Below are positions 9,916 to 16,509 of a stretch of DNA of 41,047 nucleotides, piece by piece. The notes under the pieces were generated by a model, which had not been told where the DNA came from, did not search any database, and saw nothing but the letters and a program-made list of their open reading frames with translations. The stretch's first letter is position 1; each line of letters opens with the position of its first letter. Made by a program: the position numbers and the translations under genes. The DNA is from Candidatus Limnocylindria bacterium (GTDB lineage Bacteria; Chloroflexota; Limnocylindria; P2-11E), in contig DASWDY010000018.1 of assembly GCA_036395035.1 (NCBI GenBank), positions 1-41,047 of the forward strand, written 5' to 3'.

Positions 9916-10914
9916 ATGAGCCGAGAGATCGCGATCGCGGTCGTGCTCATGTCGACCGTCGCGATCGGCCTCATCGACTACGTGACGGGGCCCAACATCG
10001 GCTTCTCGCTCTTCTACCTCGTCCCGATCGCTGTCGCGGGCTGGCGTCTCGGCCAGCCGCACGCGTCGATCGCCGCCACGGCGGCGGCGCTCATCTGGGT
10101 CGCCGCCGACATCGCCGCGTCGCGCGACCTCGCGGTCGGCGTCTCGGCGTGGAACGGCTTCACCCGTCTCGTCATCTTCAACGCCCTCGCGGTCCTGCTC
10201 GTGCGCACGCGGCGCGAGCGCGAGCATCACCTCGCCCTGAACGCGATGCGCGAGCAGCTCCTGTACAGCGTCGCGCACGAGCTGCGCGCGCCGCTCGCCG
10301 TGCTCGAGAACGCGCTCGACATCCTCGGTGAGGGCTACGCCGACCTGCCAGCCGACGAGTTCGCGAAGATCACCGGCTCCGCGCAGCGCACGGCCGGCCG
10401 CCTGCGCACCCTGATGGAGGACCTCCTCAGCGCGGGCAGCATCCAGGCGGGCCGCTTCCATGTGGACCCGCAGCCAGTGGAGCTCCAGCGGATCGTGAGC
10501 GACGCGATGGACTCGGTCGAGCTGCTCATCCTCGAGCGAGGGCAGCGGGTCGACGTCGAGATGCCCGACGGGATCATCGTGCGCGCCGACCGACGGTATG
10601 CGCGACAGGTCCTCACGAATCTGCTCGGCAACGCGTCACGGTACGGCCCCACCGGCACCCCGATCCGGCTGCACGGGCAGCGCGAGGCCGGTCACGTCCG
10701 CCTCGCGGTCGACGACCGGGGTCCCGGCATCCCGAAGGAGGAGCAGCGGCTGCTCTTCGAGCGCTTCTACCGTCCGCGCGTCGAAGGTCCGGGGATCGGG
10801 CTCGGTCTCGCGATCGCGAAGGGGATCGTCGAGGCGCATGGTGGCCACATCGGGATCGACAGCGAACCGGGGCGGGGAACGAGCGTGTGGTTCACGCTGC
10901 CGGAGGCGACATGA
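9916..10914 (+). CDS. sensor histidine kinase (membrane-embedded N-terminus, HisKA + HATPase_c)
   Basis: 332 aa with three N-terminal hydrophobic helices and no obvious extracytoplasmic sensor domain. The H-box is SVAHELRAPL. The ATPase boxes are LLGNASRYG, DDRGPGIP and GIGLGLAIAKGIVEAHGG. Confidence 0.85.
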   Translation: MSREIAIAVVLMSTVAIGLIDYVTGPNIGFSLFYLVPIAVAGWRLGQPHASIAATAAALIWVAADIAASRDLAVGVSAWNGFTRLVIFNALAVLLVRTRREREHHLALNAMREQLLYSVAHELRAPLAVLENALDILGEGYADLPADEFAKITGSAQRTAGRLRTLMEDLLSAGSIQAGRFHVDPQPVELQRIVSDAMDSVELLILERGQRVDVEMPDGIIVRADRRYARQVLTNLLGNASRYGPTGTPIRLHGQREAGHVRLAVDDRGPGIPKEEQRLLFERFYRPRVEGPGIGLGLAIAKGIVEAHGGHIGIDSEPGRGTSVWFTLPEAT

Positions 10915-11636
10915 CCGCGAAGATCCTGCTCGTCGACGACGACCGCGAGCTCACGTCGCTGCTCGAGTTCGCGTTCCGCCGCGCGGGGTTCACGCCGCTC
11001 GTCGCGAATACCTCGCCGGCCGCGTTGCGGCTCTACGACAGCGAGCATCCGGACATCGTCATCCTCGACATCAACCTCGGCGCGTGGAACGGGCTGGACC
11101 TGCTCCAGGAGCTGCGGCGCAGCGCCATACGCGTCCCGATCGTCATGCTGACGGCGCTCGACTCCGAGGACGACAAGATCAAGGGCCTCGAGCTCGGGGC
11201 CGACGACTACGTCACGAAGCCGTTCAGCCATCGCGAGCTGGTGGCGCGCGTGCGCGCGCACTTGCGGCGCTTGGGCCAGGACGTCCCGGAGCACGGGGCC
11301 GGCCCGCGCGAGATGCGGATCGGGCCGGTCCACCTGAGCGTCGCCGAGCATTCCGTCCATGTCGACGGCCGTCCGGTCGATCTCACCGTCACGGAGTTCC
11401 GGCTCCTCAACGCGCTGATGCGGGAAGCGGGCTCCGTCGTGCGAACGCGCGCGCTGCTGAAGCGGGTCTGGGGCCACGACGATCCGAGCGGCAGCGACGT
11501 CGTTCGCGTGACGGTCCATCGTCTGCGGCGCAAGCTCGGTGACGATGCGGCGGATCCTCGGCTCCTCCAGACCGTGCCAGGCGTCGGGGTCATGTTCAAG
11601 GTCCGCGGGGAGGAGCCGCCCGGAGGTGGCTCCTGA
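10911..11636 (+). CDS. OmpR-family response regulator
   Basis: ATG 10911 overlaps the kinase stop (ATGA). The track start 10887 is probably too early. Receiver motifs are KILLVDDD, DIVILDINL and DDYVTKPF. The winged-helix C-terminus reads LTVTEFRLLNALM...VTVHRLRRKL. Confidence 0.9.
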   Translation: MTAKILLVDDDRELTSLLEFAFRRAGFTPLVANTSPAALRLYDSEHPDIVILDINLGAWNGLDLLQELRRSAIRVPIVMLTALDSEDDKIKGLELGADDYVTKPFSHRELVARVRAHLRRLGQDVPEHGAGPREMRIGPVHLSVAEHSVHVDGRPVDLTVTEFRLLNALMREAGSVVRTRALLKRVWGHDDPSGSDVVRVTVHRLRRKLGDDAADPRLLQTVPGVGVMFKVRGEEPPGGGS

Positions 11637-11642
11637 TCCGTC

Positions 11643-12689
11643 GTGTGCTCGCCGAGCGTGACCCTCGAAGCCGAAGGGGTCGGCCAGAGCGCGACGGGGA
11701 CCGCGCAGGACCGCGCTGGCAACACCGCCACGGCCGCCGTGGCGGGGATCAACATCGACCGCACGGCCCCGACGATCGCCGCCTCGCGGACGCCCGCGAA
11801 CACGAACGGCTGGAGCAGTGGTGACGTCACCGTGACGTTCAGCTGCGCCGACGCCCTCTCGGGCCTGGCATCGTGCTCGGCGCCCGTGGTGCTCTCGGCC
11901 GAAGGCGCGGCGCAGAGCGCGAGCGGATCCGCCCGGGACCCCGCGGGCAACACCGCGAGCGCGGTGGTCTCGGGGATCGACATCGATCGCACCGCGCCGA
12001 CCATCGTCGGAACGCCGACCGCCGCGAACGTGAACGGCTGGAGCAACGACGATGTCGTCGTCACGTTCGCGTGCGCCGACGCGCTGTCGGGCGTCGAGAG
12101 CTGCGGCGCGACGGCGGTGATCGTCGACGAGGGAGCCGGCCTCAGCGTCAGCCGCGGCGCGACCGACCGTGCCGGCAACGCGTCGACCGCGACGGTCGCG
12201 GGCGTGAACATCGATCGGACCGAGCCGACGATCGCGTTCTCCGGCAACGCGAGCGCGTACGAGGTCGACCACACCGTCGCGATCACGTGCGCCGCGACCG
12301 ACGCCCTATCCGGTGTCGCGACCACCACGTGTCCCGCCGTCGCGAGCGCGCCCGCGTACTCGTTCGTGACCGCGAACCCGACGGTCGTCACGCGTACCGC
12401 CACCGCGACCGACCTCGCCGGCAACACGACGAGCGCGAGCACGTCGTTCACGGTGACGGTCACGTACAGCGGCGTGTGTGCGCTGACAGGGTCGTTCTCG
12501 ACGAGCGCCACCGTCGGCGAGTCGCTCTGCGCGCAGCTGAGCGCCGCGGCGATGGCCGATAGCAGGGGTTCCGAGATCGCCAAGGGGAACGCGATCGCGT
12601 CGTATCAGAACGAGGTCCAGGCGCAGGTGGGTCGCGCGTTCACGAGCGCGCAGGCCGCCACGCTCATCTCGCTCTCGAAGCTCCTCTAG
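11643..12689 (+). CDS. Ig-like repeat protein (about 77-aa D.AGN...IDRTAPTI...C.D.LSG..SC repeats), apparently 5'-truncated with no signal peptide
   Basis: 348-aa ORF with three and a half tandem repeats. Examples are SARDPAGNTASAVVSGIDIDRTAPTI and NGWSNDDVVVTFACADALSGVESC. The ORF begins in the middle of a repeat unit, directly after the regulator stop and in the same frame. It ends in a helical C-terminal tail. Confidence 0.5.
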   Translation: MCSPSVTLEAEGVGQSATGTAQDRAGNTATAAVAGINIDRTAPTIAASRTPANTNGWSSGDVTVTFSCADALSGLASCSAPVVLSAEGAAQSASGSARDPAGNTASAVVSGIDIDRTAPTIVGTPTAANVNGWSNDDVVVTFACADALSGVESCGATAVIVDEGAGLSVSRGATDRAGNASTATVAGVNIDRTEPTIAFSGNASAYEVDHTVAITCAATDALSGVATTTCPAVASAPAYSFVTANPTVVTRTATATDLAGNTTSASTSFTVTVTYSGVCALTGSFSTSATVGESLCAQLSAAAMADSRGSEIAKGNAIASYQNEVQAQVGRAFTSAQAATLISLSKLL

Positions 12690-12907
12690 CGACCCGGCGC
12701 GCGTCCCGAACAGGGATGCGCTCGGCGATGAATGCGTCGTACGACACGCTCTGGCGCGATCTGTCACGGCCGCGCCTCGCCTGAGACCGTGGGGACACCG
12801 GTTCCGTAACGGACCTGTACGGCGCTGGTGTCTAGCGTTCTCGTCAGCGACCGCCGTCCCGAACGGGGCGGCATCAGGTGGGATCACAAAGAAGAGGGGT
12901 CCATCGA

Positions 12908-13471
12908 ATGCGCATCAAGGCGACAGCGATCCTCGCGGTCTTGCTCCTCGCGATCACAGCGCAGCCGGCGCTCGCGACCGTGACGTTCGACCCGGCAACG
13001 GGGACGGGCTTCGTCGGCAAGGGCGACATCCAGATCCCGTGGGGCTGGAACAACGCCAAGCTGCAGTCGGCGGCCGGGAGCGTGACGTTCTCGTACGTCC
13101 AGACGGACGCGGCCGACTACGGCGTCACGTGCGAGTGGGACACCGTGAACAAGATCCAGACGATCCATCACGCGGTCACGAACACGCGGTCCGTCAACGA
13201 CACCGTGGCCTATGACCTCGCCAGCGTCACCCGCAAGAACCCGCAAGGCAATGTGACCGGGTTCAAGCTGACCGGCTTCGGCGCGCTGACCGTCACCAGC
13301 TCCGGGGACGCGGTCCCGAGCGTCGGCGACGGCTGCCCGAACGGCGGCGACGGCATCGTCACCGCGGTGGACATCCTCTCCGCGACCTCGAGGGGCGGCC
13401 TCTACGCGACGAGCTCGACCGCGGGCACGGGCCCGACGCTCATCTGGGCACCCGCCATCCCCGCTCAGTAG
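12908..13471 (+). CDS. secreted hypothetical protein
   Basis: I prefer ATG 12908 over track start 12878, because GAAGAGGGG lies about 8 nt upstream. The signal peptide is MRIKATAILAVLLLAITAQPALA. The mature part is beta-rich and Thr/Gly-rich with 2 Cys. I recognise no family. Confidence 0.6.
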   Translation: MRIKATAILAVLLLAITAQPALATVTFDPATGTGFVGKGDIQIPWGWNNAKLQSAAGSVTFSYVQTDAADYGVTCEWDTVNKIQTIHHAVTNTRSVNDTVAYDLASVTRKNPQGNVTGFKLTGFGALTVTSSGDAVPSVGDGCPNGGDGIVTAVDILSATSRGGLYATSSTAGTGPTLIWAPAIPAQ

Positions 13472-13494
13472 CCTTCGCGAGCGACGATCGATGC

Positions 13495-13528
13495 AGGCCC
13501 CGGCGCGAGCCGGGGCCTGTTCATTTCC
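13495..13528 (+). terminator. intrinsic-terminator-like hairpin after the secreted-protein gene
   Basis: A perfect 10-bp GC stem AGGCCCCGGC (13495-13504) pairs with GCCGGGGCCT (13509-13518) around a GCGA loop. It is followed by GTTCATTTCC. Confidence 0.55.
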
Positions 13529-13562
13529 ACGGCGGCACCGGCTCGTAGCGAGCGTCGGCTCC

Positions 13563-13568
13563 TACACT
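13563..13568 (+). promoter_or_regulatory. candidate -10 box (TACACT, TANNNT class) 7 nt upstream of the nifS ATG, a leaderless-mRNA geometry
   Basis: The sequence TACACT-ttcttcg-ATG has no Shine-Dalgarno motif between the box and the start. This spacing is typical of leaderless transcripts in high-GC Gram-positive lineages. Confidence 0.3.
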
Positions 13569-13575
13569 TTCTTCG

Positions 13576-14745
13576 ATGGATCGCGTCTATCTCGACCACG
13601 CCGCGACGACACCGGTGGACCCCGAGGTCGCCGAAGCCATGGCGCGTGTCCTGACCGGGATCCCGGGCAACCCCTCGAGCATCTACGCCGAGGGCCGGCA
13701 GGCGCGGGCGCTGGTCGACCGCGCGCGCGAGGAGGTCGCGGCCGCGATCGGCGCCCAGCCGAGCGAGATCGTCTTCACCAGCGGTGGCACGGAGGCCGAC
13801 AACCTCGCGCTCCGGGGGGTGCTGAAGGCGCGACGCGGTGAGGCGGACGGTCTCGTGGTGAGCACGATCGAGCACCACGCCGTGCTCGACACGGCGGAGG
13901 ACCTCGAGCGATACGCGCACGTGCGGGTCGCGCGGGTGCCGGTCGATCGCGATGGCCTCGTCGACCCGGCCGATGTCGAGCGCGCGATCGACGATCGCAC
14001 CGCGCTCGTCTCGATCATGCACGCGAACAACGAGATCGGGACGATCGAGCCCATCGAGGCCATCGGACGGATCTGCCGCGAGCGTGGCGTCGCGTTCCAC
14101 ACCGACGCCGTGCAGACGGTCGGCGTGCTGCCCTTCGACGTGCGCGCGCTCCCCGTCGACCTCGTCTCGATCAACGCGCACAAGTTCTACGGACCGAAGG
14201 GCGTCGGCGCCCTCTACGTCCGCACGGGAACGCGCATCGCGACGATGCAGACCGGCGGTGGTCAGGAGAAGGGCCGCCGCACGGGGACGGAGAACGTGGC
14301 GGGCATCGTCGCGCTCGGCGTCGCCATGCGGATCGCGGCGGCGCGCCGCGACGAGGACGCGCGACGCCTCACCGCGCTGCGCGACCGGATCATCGAGGGG
14401 ATCCGCGCGCGCGTCCCGGGCGCCGTCCTTACGGGCCACCCGACGCGACGTCTGCCGAACAACGCCTCGTTCTGTTTCCCCGGCACGCAGGGCGAGTCGC
14501 TCATCGTCGCTCTCGACCTCGAGGGCATCTCGGTGTCGAGCGGGTCCGCGTGCACGTCGGGCGACACGGAGCCCTCGCACGTGCTGACCGCGATCGGGCT
14601 CGACCGCGACGTCGCGCAGGGGTCGCTCCGGGTCACGGTCGGCCGCGACACCACGGACGCGGGTGTCGATCGGCTCCTGGAGGTCCTGCCGGGCGTCGTC
14701 GAGCGGATCCGCTCGGTCTCGCAGGAGCCTATCGCCGCGAGATGA
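13576..14745 (+). CDS. nifS: cysteine desulfurase (NifS/IscS class V aminotransferase)
   Basis: 389 aa. The N-terminus is YLDHAATTP. The PLP-lysine region is SINAHKFYGPKG and the active-site loop is SSGSACTSG. Confidence 0.9.
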   Translation: MDRVYLDHAATTPVDPEVAEAMARVLTGIPGNPSSIYAEGRQARALVDRAREEVAAAIGAQPSEIVFTSGGTEADNLALRGVLKARRGEADGLVVSTIEHHAVLDTAEDLERYAHVRVARVPVDRDGLVDPADVERAIDDRTALVSIMHANNEIGTIEPIEAIGRICRERGVAFHTDAVQTVGVLPFDVRALPVDLVSINAHKFYGPKGVGALYVRTGTRIATMQTGGGQEKGRRTGTENVAGIVALGVAMRIAAARRDEDARRLTALRDRIIEGIRARVPGAVLTGHPTRRLPNNASFCFPGTQGESLIVALDLEGISVSSGSACTSGDTEPSHVLTAIGLDRDVAQGSLRVTVGRDTTDAGVDRLLEVLPGVVERIRSVSQEPIAAR

Positions 14746-15143
14746 GCGTCGAGCGCTTCGGCGCCGCGGACGATCTCTACGGTCCGGCGGCGGTCGACCA
14801 CTTCACGAACCCGCGCAACGTCGGCGGTGTGCAGGACGCTGACGGGAAGGGCTCGGACACGAACCCGTCCTGTGGCGATCGCACCACGATCACCCTGAAG
14901 GTCCGCGATGGTCGCATCGAGGAGACGCGCTTCCGCACGTTCGGCTGTGTCGCGGCGATCGCCTCGGCGTCGGCGCTCACGGAGCTCGCCACCGGGCGCA
15001 CGATCGACGAGGCGCGCGCGATCGGGCCGGCCGACGTGATCGATTCGCTCGGCGGGCTTCCCGCGCGAAAGGAAGGCTGCGCGCTCATGGCGGTCGGTGC
15101 GCTGCGCGCCGCGCTGGTGGACGCGCGGGTGGGAGCGACATGA
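14742..15143 (+). CDS. iscU: Fe-S cluster assembly scaffold (IscU/NifU N-terminal type)
   Basis: ATG 14742 overlaps the nifS stop (ATGA). The upstream part of the track ORF is an out-of-frame overlap. There are three conserved Cys contexts: PSCGD, FGCVAAIASASA and KEGCALMA. Confidence 0.85.
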   Translation: MSVERFGAADDLYGPAAVDHFTNPRNVGGVQDADGKGSDTNPSCGDRTTITLKVRDGRIEETRFRTFGCVAAIASASALTELATGRTIDEARAIGPADVIDSLGGLPARKEGCALMAVGALRAALVDARVGAT

Positions 15144-16216
15144 GCGAGCGCGTGTTCGTAGCGATGAGCGGCGGCGTCGACAGCTCGCTCGCGGCCGCGC
15201 TGCTGCAGGACCGCGGCTACGACGTCGTCGGCGTGTGGATGCGGCTCTCACGCGAGGCCGTCGCCACCGACGCGCCGCGCTGCTGCGGCACGGACGAGGC
15301 GGGGGAGGAGGCGCGCCGCGCCGCGGCGCACCTCGGGATCCCCTTCTACGCGCTCGACTACGCGGACGTGTTCGGCCGCAGCGTCGTCGACCGCTTCGTG
15401 CGCTCGTACGCGAGCGGCGAGACGCCGAACCCGTGCGTCGCATGCAATGCCCACGTGAAGTTCGAGGCGCTCATGCGCGACGTCATCGCGAAGTTCGGCG
15501 GCACCGCGCTCGCGACGGGCCATTACGCGCGCGTCGTGAGCGACGGCGGCCGCTACCGCCTGCTGCGCGGGCGCGACGCGGCGAAGGACCAGTCGTACGC
15601 GCTGTACATGCTCGGCCAGCGCGAGCTGGGGCGGACGCTCTTCCCGATCGGCGAGCTCAGCGGCAAGGACGAGACGCGCGCGCTGGCCGCGAAGTACGGC
15701 CTGCCGAACGCGACGAAGGCCGAGAGCATGGATATCTGCTTCGTGCCCACCGATCACCGCGACCTCGTGCGGGCGCGGGTGCCGGAGGCGTTCACGTCCG
15801 GACCGGTCGAGCGCACGGACGGGACCGTCGTCGGGCGCCACGACGGGATCGCTGCGCTCACCGTGGGACAGCGCCGCGGCGTCGGTGTCGCGACGGGCGA
15901 GCGGCTCTACGTGCTGCGCCTCGAGCTCGATCGCAACACCGCCGTCGTCGGGACGCGCGACGAGGTCGCGACGCGCACGTACAGCCTGCGCGACGTCCGG
16001 TTCACGGCGGACGCGCCGCCGGCTACGTCGTTCGAGACGACGGTCGCGCTCCGCTACCGCGGCGATCCGATCCGGTGCGAGGTGGAGATGGACGGCGACC
16101 GCGCCATGCTGCGCCTCGCCGAGCCGGCGCTCGTCGCGCCGGGGCAGGCCGCCGTCCTCTATGACGGCGATGAGGTGGTCGGCGGCGGTACGGTCAGCGA
16201 GGCGCTCACCGCGTAA
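15140..16216 (+). CDS. mnmA: tRNA 2-thiouridine(34) synthase
   Basis: 358 aa with an ATGA overlap with iscU. The PP-loop is AMSGGVDSS and the catalytic Cys contexts PNPCVACN and DICF are present. Confidence 0.95.
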   Translation: MSERVFVAMSGGVDSSLAAALLQDRGYDVVGVWMRLSREAVATDAPRCCGTDEAGEEARRAAAHLGIPFYALDYADVFGRSVVDRFVRSYASGETPNPCVACNAHVKFEALMRDVIAKFGGTALATGHYARVVSDGGRYRLLRGRDAAKDQSYALYMLGQRELGRTLFPIGELSGKDETRALAAKYGLPNATKAESMDICFVPTDHRDLVRARVPEAFTSGPVERTDGTVVGRHDGIAALTVGQRRGVGVATGERLYVLRLELDRNTAVVGTRDEVATRTYSLRDVRFTADAPPATSFETTVALRYRGDPIRCEVEMDGDRAMLRLAEPALVAPGQAAVLYDGDEVVGGGTVSEALTA

Positions 16217-16509
16217 GGAGGAGGCGCGGTTTCATCCCGTGGTCGCGTGGCAGTGCCCCCTCACCGCTCTCTCGTTCGCTCGACGGCCGAGAGAACGCTC
16301 GGGACCGTTACGAACTTGTGATGCGAAAGTGTCGCTCCTGTCACGGTGCTTGCAGCGTCACTCCCTGCGGTGGGACAGATCGCCCGGGCCTTCGGCCGGG
16401 TACCGCGGGTCGCGCCTGAAGCCGGGCCTGAGGCCCACGATCCGACGGCGCTGACCGGCCGCATCGTCGCGATCGAGTAGTCGGCTACTGAGATCGCGCT
16501 AGCACCTGC

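Noticed and set aside
11634-11645. TGA read-through or selenocysteine fusing the response regulator to the Ig-like repeat ORF (same frame, 6 nt apart)
   Set aside because: The regulator has a complete winged-helix C-terminus. No SECIS-like hairpin follows the TGA. Sharing a frame has a one-in-three chance. A regulator fused to an Ig-repeat protein makes no functional sense.
12796-12816. Shared motif GG.CCGTTACG(G)AAC..GTG between the leader of the 12908 gene (reverse orientation) and the leader of the fibre gene (16301-16321)
   Set aside because: The exact shared core is only 8 nt (CCGTTACG). By my rough estimate, an 8-mer shared between two regions of about 250 nt on either strand is expected by chance. 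The extended match needs a gap. It is not convincing without genome-wide enrichment.
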